The notes under the pieces were generated by a model. The model ran no database searches and was not told the origin of the DNA. It saw only the letters and a list, made by a program, of their open reading frames with translations. From Candidatus Saccharimonadota bacterium (GTDB taxonomy: Bacteria; Patescibacteriota; Gracilibacteria; UBA4473), in NCBI GenBank assembly GCA_030429505.1, contig JAUIFI010000001.1:720001-752000 (forward strand): 32,000 nt of DNA, read 5' to 3'. The position numbers were made by a program, and so were the translations under genes. Shown one piece after another: positions 22,934-32,000 of this stretch. Position 1 is the stretch's first letter. Each line of letters begins with the position of its first letter.

Positions 22934-24033
22934 ACAATTTCTCCTCCTCCGAGACATACATCACCATCATAAAACACAACCGATTGACCAGGAGAAATAG
23001 CCCGCACAGGAGAATCGAAAGTAACATTCATTGTCATTCCGGACTTTGATCCAGACTCTGGAGATGCTGAAACAAGTTCAGCATAACAAGGAGTAGATTC
23101 ACTTCGATACCGAATCTTTGCCATGCATTGAAATTTTTTTGCAGGAACGCTTCCAGAAATCCAATGAAGATTTATTGCCATCAGATCCGTACCCAAAAGC
23201 TTCTCCTCATCCTGAGATACTACCAATTCATTTGTCTTAAAATCTTTTTTAATAACAAACCACGGAGCTTCCGGAAACCCCTTCACCCCCCCAATCCCCA
23301 AAGTCTTACGTTGACCAATCGTATAAAAACTCAATCCCATATGCTCTCCAACCACCTTCTTTGTATCCGCATCAATAATATTGCCCGGACTTTTCGATAC
23401 ATAATGTTGTAAAAATTCCGTATAATTTCTATCTCCCACCATACAAATACCCACCGAATCTTTTTTATCCGCCGTCACCAAACCAAGATCCCTCGCAATA
23501 CGCCGCACCTCCTTCTTTTCGATATCTGCAAGAGGAAAAAGAGTACGAGCCAACTGTTCTTGCGTTAACGTATATAAAAAATACGTCTGATCTTTTCCTT
23601 TATCTTTCGGGACACAGATATACGATTTTTCAGTATTTTTATTAAATTTTAGTGATACATAGTGTCCCGTTGCAATACAATCAGCTCCCAATTCACGAGC
23701 TTTCTGCCATAAAGCCTCAAATTTTATATATTTGTTACACAAAATATCAGGATTTGGTGTACGTCCCTGGCGATTCTGCTCCAAAAAATATTCAAATACA
23801 TCGCGCCAATACTCTTTAGAAAAATCAAACACATACAGAGGAATACTGAGCTTTGCCGCCACACTTCGAGCATCTGCCGCATCTTCACTCGCCGGACAAT
23901 GTGGATCATTCGTATCCCACGTCTTCATAAAAACACCGATAACTTCATACCCCTGATCAAGCAAAAGTTTCGCCGCCACCGAACTATCCACTCCCCCAGA
24001 CATTCCTACCACGACTTTTTTACGAAACTTCAT
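22930..24033 (-). CDS. mnmA: tRNA 2-thiouridine(34) synthase MnmA
   Basis: PP-loop VVGMSGGVDSSVAA, and the conserved NPD(I)LCN and GHY motifs. Confidence 0.9.
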   Translation of the reverse strand: MKFRKKVVVGMSGGVDSSVAAKLLLDQGYEVIGVFMKTWDTNDPHCPASEDAADARSVAAKLSIPLYVFDFSKEYWRDVFEYFLEQNRQGRTPNPDILCNKYIKFEALWQKARELGADCIATGHYVSLKFNKNTEKSYICVPKDKGKDQTYFLYTLTQEQLARTLFPLADIEKKEVRRIARDLGLVTADKKDSVGICMVGDRNYTEFLQHYVSKSPGNIIDADTKKVVGEHMGLSFYTIGQRKTLGIGGVKGFPEAPWFVIKKDFKTNELVVSQDEEKLLGTDLMAINLHWISGSVPAKKFQCMAKIRYRSESTPCYAELVSASPESGSKSGMTMNVTFDSPVRAISPGQSVVFYDGDVCLGGGEIV

Positions 24034-24147
24034 CTATACAAATGCCGGAAGGAAAACCGCTCCCAAAAGTCCGATAATAATAATCCATACCAATATTTGA
24101 AGACCGAGTTTTTTGGTTTTTGGTTTCATAAAATAAAAAATTAAAAA

Positions 24148-24666
24148 CTAAGCAGCCGGAGCCGAAATTTTCGCCGGACTTAAAACCATATCTTGATACT
24201 TCCAACCCGGTTCTAAAACCTGTACAACCGTCCCAGGCACCCCATCCATAGCCATAACCACTTCATGTAAATCAGGATTAACTGCCTCTCCAACCTTCGG
24301 ATCAATAGACTCCAACCCCGATTTTTTCAATTCATCGAGAAAAGTACGAATCGTCTTTGCCACATCTTTATCTTGGGTATGTTCCACACTCAAGTTCAAC
24401 TCTACAAACTTAGGTAAAAGCTTTCGCAAAAAATCAGATACCGCCAATGCAGACCAATGCTTTTTATTTTCCGCCTCTCGACGCTGAAAATTCTGCAAAT
24501 CCGCTAAAGCCCTCAACTGTCCTTGCTTCGCTTCTCCTAATTGAACCTGAAAATTCTCCAAATCTCTCTCCAGTTTCTCAATTTTTTTCTCCAGAGGACT
24601 CGATTTTGTAGCCTTTTTGTCTTGTGTCATCAAACGAGATTGTGGCAAATTATGAGAAAAATGCAA
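24148..24666 (-). CDS. grpE: Nucleotide exchange factor GrpE
   Basis: A coiled-coil N-terminus with LRALADLQNFQRR (GrpE signature A(D/E)(F/L)(E/Q)N(F/Y)(R/Q)(K/R)R) and a C-terminal beta domain. The true start may be the internal Met (MTQDKK). Confidence 0.8.
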   Translation of the reverse strand: MHFSHNLPQSRLMTQDKKATKSSPLEKKIEKLERDLENFQVQLGEAKQGQLRALADLQNFQRREAENKKHWSALAVSDFLRKLLPKFVELNLSVEHTQDKDVAKTIRTFLDELKKSGLESIDPKVGEAVNPDLHEVVMAMDGVPGTVVQVLEPGWKYQDMVLSPAKISAPAA

Positions 24667-24708
24667 GCATCATACACAGACGTAAAAACAAGATTATCAT
24701 AAAAAACT

Positions 24709-25278
24709 TTACTTCACATATACATACACCTTTGTTTTTCCAACCTTCACCACCTTCTCTGGCTTCAAGCCCGCAATCGGAAAAGCATGAGAGATAAGCT
24801 TCGCTCCAGGCTTTAATTCACTCCACTTTTTCTCATAAATCTGATCCATAACCTCCGCAAAAAGATAACAAAAAATCACATCCGCATCACGCAAATCTAC
24901 CTGAAAAAAATCAGCGCACCGTAGTTCTACCGACGAATTTCTCAACCAAGCCTTTAACCTACCCAACCACACAACTGCCCGAATCAATTCATAACCAATA
25001 AAATGAGAATGAGGTTGCTTGTTCGAATAAACTCGAAGCTTTTTCTCAGCCATAAATAAAATCTTTCCATCACCGCATCCCAAATCATAGATCATCTGCC
25101 CAGACTTTAAATCAGCTAATTCAATCATAGCCCGAGCTATATTTTTTGACGTCGGCACATACGGCACTCGAGACCTTATCAAACCTATCAATGTCCACGT
25201 AAAAAAAATCACACAACCAAACAAAACTAGAGCGAATATAAGCAGAATAAAATTCATCATCGTCCAAAACGCTGCCAA
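24709..25278 (-). CDS. Class I SAM-dependent methyltransferase with N-terminal TM helix
   Basis: Motif I IYDLGCGDGKILF, and an N-terminal hydrophobic segment. It overlaps the upstream helicase gene by 22 nt. Confidence 0.75.
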   Translation of the reverse strand: MAAFWTMMNFILLIFALVLFGCVIFFTWTLIGLIRSRVPYVPTSKNIARAMIELADLKSGQMIYDLGCGDGKILFMAEKKLRVYSNKQPHSHFIGYELIRAVVWLGRLKAWLRNSSVELRCADFFQVDLRDADVIFCYLFAEVMDQIYEKKWSELKPGAKLISHAFPIAGLKPEKVVKVGKTKVYVYVK

Positions 25279-28208
25279 TAATCAATTTCGTCATCCTCCT
25301 CAGGATTAGGAACCAAAGGAAATTCCAAGTTCAAAACTTTCGAATGAGCTTCTCGAAGCTCTTTCAAAACCTGTTCTCGATCCTGCGAAGAAATATCAAT
25401 CGTCTTTCTCACAAACTGACCTCGAGGATCTGGACTCAAAAATTCCAAAACAAATCCTTCCGCTTGCCATGGTATTTGGGGTGTGTTGCAAAGCAACAAA
25501 TCATAAAAAACCAACTGTCGCCATAAACGTTCTCCCGATTTAATCGAACGAGGTTTTCCAGACTTATAATCCACCACCACACCTCTCTTCCGAGAACTAT
25601 CATGAAATTCAATCTTATCCATCACCCCTCGCACAGGAATATTTTCTATCCGGGGAGTATATCGTCCCACGTCAAATTCAAGCAAAACTTCCCCCGAAAA
25701 ACTCTCCTTTCGAGCTTCAAAATATTGAGACAATCGCTCCTGACCTTGAATCAAAAACCTTTCATACACTTCTTTCTCCAAATTTTGCCCCCGCAACGCA
25801 TGAGTAAACTCATCCAGCAAAACATGAACATCAGGCAATGCTTTCCCATCTTTTAATGGACGCAAAAAACGTTCCAACGCCTGATGAAGAGATACTCCCA
25901 ATGCCATAGCCGGAACAGGACGACGCGGAATTCTCAAGATATTCTGGTATAAAAATCGACGAGGACAATCCAGATAATTCTGTAAACTCGTCGCGGACCA
26001 TATAAACCGTCCAACTTGTTCACGCAAAATATCCTCCTCCGCCTTAGTAAAAGCTGGCATCTCCTGATCAGTCCCTAAAAAAACCGGTAACAACTTTTGA
26101 ACCCGCTCCTCAACCTCATCAGTAGAGATTATCGTACATAATTCATCAGGCACTTCATGATAAAACTGAGACGGATTACGCTCTCGACCGGAAAAATCCT
26201 GAGACGCAAACGACAAAAATAATTTCCTCTTTGCCCGCGTCAAAGCCACAAAAAAAAGCCTTCTCTCATCCTCGTTTTCGTCATGATCCGATCGAAAAAG
26301 ATGAGGTAAAGGCAAGCCATGCCGTACTCTTCGATTTCCCCACATACCATCCAAAAGACCTGGAATAAAAACCACCTCAAACTCTCGTCCCTTGGCACCA
26401 TGCGCCGTCAAAATCCTCACCGACCGACGATCAGCCGGCAAAACATCAGGCTTGATAGGAATACGAAGATCTTGATGCAAACCAATTCGCTCCAAAAGTT
26501 CAGACAACTGATCGAGATCTTGTCCTCGAATCCAATCAATAAACTTACGCATATGTTGCCAGTCCCGACTAGATGAGCTATATTGCTCTGAAGATATAAA
26601 CTCTGCTAATCCCGACTCATACAAAAGTTTCTCCGCCAATACCGCTGGACGACAATGGAGATAGTTTTTACGTGTTGTAACGAGAAGATCAAAAATACGC
26701 TGTAAAGCCTCATTTTTCTTTCCTTCCTCCTGTAACACATCTACCGCCAATCGATCTTTTCCATTTGCCTCCAAAGTCAATTTCAAAAGCATTTCTGATC
26801 CAACTTCAAACCACGGAGCGTGTAACACCTCAATCAAACGTTCACTATGAACAGGATCTGAAAAAACAGTAAGCAAACGAATCAAATGACGCACAGCATC
26901 GTTTTCAAAAATATTTTCAAAAATCTGCGCTGACACCGGAATTCCAAATTTGGGAAGTTCTCGAGCAATCTCCTGTACTTCGCGATTCTGACGAACAAGA
27001 ATAGCAATCTCAGAAGGTTCAATTCCCGCTTCCAGCTCCATACGAATCTGCTCCACCAAAAAATTCAGTTCACTATAACGCGAACCAAAAGAAGCTTTCG
27101 TTAGAATAGACTCAATGTTTTTATTCTCACCAGAAGCCACCAAAATCTTATCAGAAGAAATTCTATCCAGATTATGAGCAATCACACGAGTAGCACTATC
27201 TAAAATTTTTTGTCCCGAACGATAATTAGCCGTCAATGTCACATCAGTGCGCTTTACAAAACGTTCCTGCAATTCGCGAATATTGGCACTACTCGCACCC
27301 TGAAACCGATAAATCGCCTGATCATCATCCCCCACCACCATCAGATTCGGCGCTTCATCAAAATCAGTCAACGCCCACAATATTTGATTTTGAGCCGCAT
27401 TCGTATCCTGATATTCATCCGCCAAAATCCATTGAAACTGCTCCTGCAAATCCGCCCGTAAACCTTTATTTTTCTGTAACGCATCCACCACCCACATCAA
27501 CTGATCATCAAAATCAAAATACCCCCGCCCGGATAATTTTTCCTCATACACATCCCACAAATCTGCCAATTCTCGCATCTGACCAATCTTTCGCTCAATT
27601 TTCGCTTTAGCATCTGATTTCCATTCACCCTTTTTCCCATACTGAGAATCACGCTTATAAAAATTATCCGGATCTTCTTCCAGACGCTTTTGCTCATCGG
27701 GAATAAGGTTCCTCAATGCCGCAGAAGACACATTCTCTCGTTTCAAAGTAGAAATCGCCGATAAAAACGACCTCTGCCAATAAAATGGATCATGAGTATC
27801 AGAAAAATATTCCCATCTTTTTGATTCAATTGCACCACGAAAAGCTAAAACTCGCTGCAAATCATCTTCCGCAACCGTCCGTCCCCGACGTCTCGACGCA
27901 AAAACATCCGGATACCGTCCCATCACCCACTCAGAAAATCCGTGAAACGTAGAAATTTTGAGCTTATACGCCTCATTTCCCATAAGCTTTTGCAATCGAA
28001 CCCTCATCTCTACCGCAGCAGCCTCGGTAAAAGTCAGACACAAGATATTCTCCGGATTCGCATCCGTACTCCCTAAAATATACGCAATCCGAGACGTAAG
28101 CATATGCGTCTTACCCGTCCCCGGACCCGCCAATACCAAAACCGTCCCATACACCTGCTCCACCGCCTGGCGTTGTTCAGGATTGAGATGTTTTAAAAAC
28201 TCAGACAT
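25257..28208 (-). CDS. UvrD/PcrA/AddA-type SF1 helicase with C-terminal PD-(D/E)XK nuclease-like domain
   Basis: Walker A AGPGTGKT, motif II ILADEYQDTN, motif III VVGDDDQAIYRFQGA, motif V TAHGAKGREF, motif VI FFVALTRAKRKL. The C-terminus SLQNYLDCPRRF...VVDYKSGK resembles RecB-family nuclease motifs. Confidence 0.85.
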   Translation of the reverse strand: MSEFLKHLNPEQRQAVEQVYGTVLVLAGPGTGKTHMLTSRIAYILGSTDANPENILCLTFTEAAAVEMRVRLQKLMGNEAYKLKISTFHGFSEWVMGRYPDVFASRRRGRTVAEDDLQRVLAFRGAIESKRWEYFSDTHDPFYWQRSFLSAISTLKRENVSSAALRNLIPDEQKRLEEDPDNFYKRDSQYGKKGEWKSDAKAKIERKIGQMRELADLWDVYEEKLSGRGYFDFDDQLMWVVDALQKNKGLRADLQEQFQWILADEYQDTNAAQNQILWALTDFDEAPNLMVVGDDDQAIYRFQGASSANIRELQERFVKRTDVTLTANYRSGQKILDSATRVIAHNLDRISSDKILVASGENKNIESILTKASFGSRYSELNFLVEQIRMELEAGIEPSEIAILVRQNREVQEIARELPKFGIPVSAQIFENIFENDAVRHLIRLLTVFSDPVHSERLIEVLHAPWFEVGSEMLLKLTLEANGKDRLAVDVLQEEGKKNEALQRIFDLLVTTRKNYLHCRPAVLAEKLLYESGLAEFISSEQYSSSSRDWQHMRKFIDWIRGQDLDQLSELLERIGLHQDLRIPIKPDVLPADRRSVRILTAHGAKGREFEVVFIPGLLDGMWGNRRVRHGLPLPHLFRSDHDENEDERRLFFVALTRAKRKLFLSFASQDFSGRERNPSQFYHEVPDELCTIISTDEVEERVQKLLPVFLGTDQEMPAFTKAEEDILREQVGRFIWSATSLQNYLDCPRRFLYQNILRIPRRPVPAMALGVSLHQALERFLRPLKDGKALPDVHVLLDEFTHALRGQNLEKEVYERFLIQGQERLSQYFEARKESFSGEVLLEFDVGRYTPRIENIPVRGVMDKIEFHDSSRKRGVVVDYKSGKPRSIKSGERLWRQLVFYDLLLCNTPQIPWQAEGFVLEFLSPDPRGQFVRKTIDISSQDREQVLKELREAHSKVLNLEFPLVPNPEEDDEIDYWQRFGR

Positions 28209-28331
28209 ATGCCAAGATCATAGCTGAAAAAAGAGTATTGAAAAGTTGACCAAAAAAAAGAAAGAAAACTTAAAACATTTTTCATATAAATATAATTGAC
28301 TATTTAAAAGTATATTGTATAAAAAAATAAA

Positions 28332-29072
28332 ATGCCAACCGATACACTAGAGTCAGAGCAAAGTTTATTGCAAGTAGGAATACTCCACGAAACTGCAAAT
28401 GAACTCACTATAGCTATTGGCTACACAGAGATGGTACGGAATGAACTCAACAAAATATTATCCAACAAAGATATTCCCAACAAAGTAAGAAAAGAGCTCA
28501 AAAAAACGTTAAACTTAATCGATAGAGTTATAAGCTATCCCCTAGCCAATGCCATAGACAAACTCAGAAGTGACCTCATTCTATCGAAAGACACATACGA
28601 AAAAAATGCATTCCTTATTGAAGAAGTGATAGCTACCATAATTGAAGCACACAATAATCACGCAAAACAACACTACATACAAATTCACATTCCAGAAGAA
28701 AATACCAAACACACCGTCTTGGCAGACGAAGCCGTCACTCAAACCATCCTCTCAATCTTCATATCCAATTCCATTAAATACGCAAAAAAGCGCCAAGGAA
28801 AGATTTACTTGAATACACAAGAAGAAGACAATTATATACGAGTATCAGTTGCAGATAATGGCAAAGGTATGACCGTCAAAAAACTCAAAAAACTTCAAGA
28901 AGGAGCATGGTCTGAAACAGGAAATCAAAAAGAAGGTAATAATGGCATTGGGTTTCGCGTTGCCCAAAGAATGATAGAAAAAATGGGAGGACGAGTAGAG
29001 ATAGAAAGTAAACTAAACAAAGGCACCACCATACATTTCACACTTCCCAAGTTCATAAACAAAGAAAAGTGA
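28332..29072 (+). CDS. Soluble histidine-kinase-like protein (HATPase_c with putative H box, no sensor/TM region)
   Basis: Putative H box ILHETANEL, N box FISNSIKYA, G1 VADNGKGM, G2 NNGIGFRVAQ. Confidence 0.7.
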   Translation: MPTDTLESEQSLLQVGILHETANELTIAIGYTEMVRNELNKILSNKDIPNKVRKELKKTLNLIDRVISYPLANAIDKLRSDLILSKDTYEKNAFLIEEVIATIIEAHNNHAKQHYIQIHIPEENTKHTVLADEAVTQTILSIFISNSIKYAKKRQGKIYLNTQEEDNYIRVSVADNGKGMTVKKLKKLQEGAWSETGNQKEGNNGIGFRVAQRMIEKMGGRVEIESKLNKGTTIHFTLPKFINKEK

Positions 29073-29144
29073 AATATACAAACACCAATCGATATTAAAA
29101 GGAAAAATATACATCCTCACTAAATAAGCTAAAATAGAAAAGAA

Positions 29145-29594
29145 ATGCTACCAAAATATATTTTTCTTTTCTTTTTCATTCTTTTCTTCATGGGATGCGA
29201 ACTTTCCAATACTGACACGAATCATACACTCGACCAACAACTTGAAAAAAAAGTAATTCAAGTAGGTAAGCAAAATTTCACCGTCGAAATTGCCAATACA
29301 GATCTCAAAAGACAAAAAGGACTCATGAACCGAGAAAAGTTAGAGTCTGGAACCGGCATGCTTTTCATCTTTGATACCGAAGATACTCATACTTTCTGGA
29401 TGAAAAATACACTGATCCCACTCGACATCGCCTGGATATCCTCTGATAATCAAGTCGTTGATATCCAAACCATGACCCCATGCGAAAAAGATCCCTGTGC
29501 TTTATACAAAAGCAAAGCTCCAGCCCAATTCGTACTCGAAGTCAACCAAGGAGAACTAAAAGCAACTATTGGAGATCAGTTCAAAATACAATAA
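29145..29594 (+). CDS. DUF192-family protein, probable lipoprotein
   Basis: Signal peptide with a lipobox-like FFMGC. GMLFIFD...FWMKNTLIPLDIAWI is typical of DUF192 (COG1430). Confidence 0.75.
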   Translation: MLPKYIFLFFFILFFMGCELSNTDTNHTLDQQLEKKVIQVGKQNFTVEIANTDLKRQKGLMNREKLESGTGMLFIFDTEDTHTFWMKNTLIPLDIAWISSDNQVVDIQTMTPCEKDPCALYKSKAPAQFVLEVNQGELKATIGDQFKIQ

Positions 29595-29675
29595 AAGCTG
29601 AAGCAAAAACACCTTTCTTGACACAAATATATTTTAAACTTAATTTAATCTTACAAATCTAAGTCCAGATACAGT

Positions 29676-30896
29676 ATGGAAAACTCAGAATATCTAAACG
29701 GCACCGATCACTCTCCAGAAGCACCAAAAAAGAAAAATGTAGTTGTCGTCGGAGTCTCCCCAGGAGGTATAGGTGAGGCTCTTGTGCGAGAAATGGCAAA
29801 GTACCGTGAATATATAAACATTATTATCATAGATAGAGACCCTACGAGAATAGAAAAAATAGAAATCGCCGAAGAGAATGAGGCAACATTACTAGAAACT
29901 CCCGTAAACATTGTCCCAGGTAACATCGAAGAAACTAAGGCTTCTATGAAAAATGCCGTAAAAGAAGTGAAAGAAAAATTAGCAGGTGAGGAACTACACG
30001 AAGTAATTCTTGCCGTTGCAGGTGTCCCAAGAAGTCGAGAAGCTGCAATAGAAATGCAAAAAATGAAAAAATTCGACAAAGATTTTCCTGAACTAAAACG
30101 CCAAGTCGTAGAAGCTATCATAGAAATCTGTGTCACAGGGAATACAGAATTTATAAAAATATTTGAAGAAGCAGACATTGGAAATAATATTCAATATACA
30201 GTCCTCACATATCGCCTAAAAATACTCGGCTATATAAACGAAGTTAAAGAACTTTTGGACTGTTGTGTATACTATCTCAACAAAAACGGAGTAAAAGTAA
30301 CATCAATTGATGTTTTACGCATAATCAGTCAATCGACCAGAGCAGGAGGTCTTTTTATGGCGCTTTTAGCAACCTATGATCACCTAATGCATGAAGGCAT
30401 AAAGTATTCCGACCCTGAAATCCAAGAAGTCTATGATAAAGGAAAAGAAAAACTAGAAGCACTTTCGTTTTTTGAACTGCTAAAAGAGACTACAAAAGGA
30501 CTGTTTAATGCAGAAGACGGAACATCATTAGACCTCACAAAAATTGGAAGTATCCACTCGCCAGAAGGGCAAAAATTTATAAAGAACATAGAAGAAAGAC
30601 AAGAAAAGTTAAAAAAAGGTGGTTTAAAACCAAAAGACCTAATAGAACTCACTGAAATAACAGAACATCTAAGGCTAGGAACCGCTAAAATCGTCACACA
30701 AAGAATTTTACATCCTACTCCACCAGCACCAATGCAACAAATCGCACACGACAACATTGCCAACTTCGGAAAGGACGGCTATCCACTTACAAATATTCAA
30801 GATACAAAACCAACAGCCCCGACATTTAAAGACCCAGAGAGTGGTGAAGAATGGCAACCAGAAATTCCAAATATCCCTCAAAAAATAGTAGCCTAA
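29676..30896 (+). CDS. Hypothetical protein with N-terminal Rossmann-like dinucleotide-binding motif
   Basis: VVVVGVSPGGIGEAL resembles the SDR-type TGxxxGxG loop. I do not recognise the remainder of the 406 aa. Confidence 0.55.
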   Translation: MENSEYLNGTDHSPEAPKKKNVVVVGVSPGGIGEALVREMAKYREYINIIIIDRDPTRIEKIEIAEENEATLLETPVNIVPGNIEETKASMKNAVKEVKEKLAGEELHEVILAVAGVPRSREAAIEMQKMKKFDKDFPELKRQVVEAIIEICVTGNTEFIKIFEEADIGNNIQYTVLTYRLKILGYINEVKELLDCCVYYLNKNGVKVTSIDVLRIISQSTRAGGLFMALLATYDHLMHEGIKYSDPEIQEVYDKGKEKLEALSFFELLKETTKGLFNAEDGTSLDLTKIGSIHSPEGQKFIKNIEERQEKLKKGGLKPKDLIELTEITEHLRLGTAKIVTQRILHPTPPAPMQQIAHDNIANFGKDGYPLTNIQDTKPTAPTFKDPESGEEWQPEIPNIPQKIVA

Positions 30897-30941
30897 CAAT
30901 TGACGACAAAACCCATAAACATATAATCAAAAAAAAAGTGA

Positions 30942-31391
30942 ATGGAAACTATTATACAGAAAGCTCTCAAGCTCCTGCTTGATAAATATGGCGCCAATTA
31001 TGATTGCGTGAGAGTATCCGAAGAAAACGGACACTACAGAGCTATTATTGAAACTGAAGACCCAGCTCGAATGATCGGACGAAGTGGAACTATACTCAAC
31101 TCTCTTCAAATCCTACTCAAAAACATCCTGTGGTCTCAAAACGAAGAAAAAGCCTTCGTTACTCTAGATGTAGACGGATACCGCCAAGAACAATACAATC
31201 AAATCTACGAAAAAGTAAAAAAATCAATCGAACTCATGAAAGAACAAAATCTATCGGAAATGAAGCTTGAACCCATGAAACCATTTCTTCGTCGATTAGT
31301 TCATCTCTGGATCGCCAATAATTATTCTGAACTCACCACCGACTCCGTCGGAGAAGGACGACAAAGAGCAATTCGAGTGTTTTACAAGTAA
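30942..31391 (+). CDS. Jag-like RNA-binding protein (KH + R3H domains)
   Basis: The KH-like GRSGTILNSLQ (GxxG) and the C-terminal R3H context RRLVHLWIANNYSELTTDSVGEGRQRAIRV. Confidence 0.75.
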   Translation: METIIQKALKLLLDKYGANYDCVRVSEENGHYRAIIETEDPARMIGRSGTILNSLQILLKNILWSQNEEKAFVTLDVDGYRQEQYNQIYEKVKKSIELMKEQNLSEMKLEPMKPFLRRLVHLWIANNYSELTTDSVGEGRQRAIRVFYK

Positions 31392-31460
31392 AAACAACTA
31401 ACCAAAGAGAGAAAGGAACCTATTGATTGCCTTTTCTTTCTCGTGTAATCTGCCTCACGC

Positions 31461-32000
31461 ATGAAATACACCACCCAAGATTTAAGAAAACTGTGGCTTG
31501 ATTTTTGGAAATCCAAAAATCACGTAATCATTCCCAGTAGCGGCGTCATACCAGAAAACGATCCTTCGGCCCTTTTCCATAACTCAGGTATGCACCCACT
31601 CGTCCCATTTCTCATGGGCGAAGATCATCCAGCTGGAACGAGACTCGCTAACGTTCAAAAATGCATCCGCACCGGAGACATAGACGAAGTCGGAGATAAA
31701 ACTCATCTGACCTTTTTTGAAATGCTCGGAAATTGGTCTCTCGGAGATTATTTTAAAACCGAGCAAATCCAATGGTCTTTTGAATTTTTGACCCAAGTAC
31801 TCAATATCCCTATCGAAAAACTCGCCGTATCAGTTTTTGCTGGAGATAAAGACGCTCCGCGAGACAACGAATCCTTTGAAATCTGGAAAAAATGCGGCAT
31901 ACCGGAAAACCGAATCGCCTTTCTCGGCAAAGAAGATAACTGGTGGTCCAAGGGTGATGTCGGTCCTTGTGGACCAGACACAGAAATGTTTTACTGGACA
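31461..32000 (+). CDS. alaS: Alanine--tRNA ligase, N-terminal 180 codons (partial, runs off the window; not in the ORF track)
   Basis: Manual translation from the ATG at 31461 gives [27 protein letters not shown]...[19 protein letters not shown]...[12 protein letters not shown]. These are classic AlaRS class II motifs. Confidence 0.9.
   Translation, partial: MKYTTQDLRKLWLDFWKSKNHVIIPSSGVIPENDPSALFHNSGMHPLVPFLMGEDHPAGTRLANVQKCIRTGDIDEVGDKTHLTFFEMLGNWSLGDYFKTEQIQWSFEFLTQVLNIPIEKLAVSVFAGDKDAPRDNESFEIWKKCGIPENRIAFLGKEDNWWSKGDVGPCGPDTEMFYWT

Noticed and set aside
1-32000. CRISPR arrays, rRNA genes, IS elements with terminal inverted repeats.
   Set aside because: I saw no regularly spaced direct repeats, no rRNA-like sequence and no transposase-like ORF. 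The only mobility genes are the two serine recombinases and the GIY-YIG gene.

Overview
This is a low-GC bacterial chromosome segment. Its gene content (a type IV pilus operon, small housekeeping genes, many orphan ORFs) suggests a small-genome, CPR/Patescibacteria-like organism, but that taxonomy is inference only.

Ordinary host blocks:
- 3.7-12.4 kb: a type IV pilus operon (CheY-like receiver, PilB, PilC, five pilin-like genes) followed by a PAS histidine kinase and two small membrane proteins.
- 21.2-32 kb: gdh, mnmA, grpE, a SAM methyltransferase, a UvrD-type helicase-nuclease, an orphan kinase-like protein, DUF192, a Jag-like KH/R3H protein, and the 5' end of alaS, which runs off the window and is absent from the ORF track.

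Two RNA genes are not in the ORF track: tRNA-Trp(CCA) at 3010-3083 (-) and tmRNA/ssrA at 20709-21124 (-). A converging large serine recombinase gene abuts the 3' end of each and reads antisense into the RNA gene. I interpret these as two integrated elements.
- Island 1 (1-~3009) continues past the window start.
- Island 2 appears complete at about 8.1 kb (12629-20716). It is bounded by a 9-bp repeat, TTGGTGGAG, which corresponds to the tmRNA 3' acceptor/CCA end.

The most interesting content is the cargo of island 2. A self-cleaving LexA/CI-type repressor is co-transcribed with an orphan 222-aa protein. Divergent from it is a tightly coupled cassette of three genes: DUF2188, a 1038-aa fusion of a caspase-like protease with a Ski2/Hel308-type helicase, and an HTH protein. 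I know of no characterised system with this fusion, and I flag it as the best candidate for an undescribed defence or abortive-infection module.

A second oddity lies at tRNA-Trp. A small GIY-YIG nuclease gene is bracketed by a 36-nt duplication of the tRNA 5' half, and the duplication ends exactly at the canonical intron position 37/38.

No CRISPR array or rRNA was seen.
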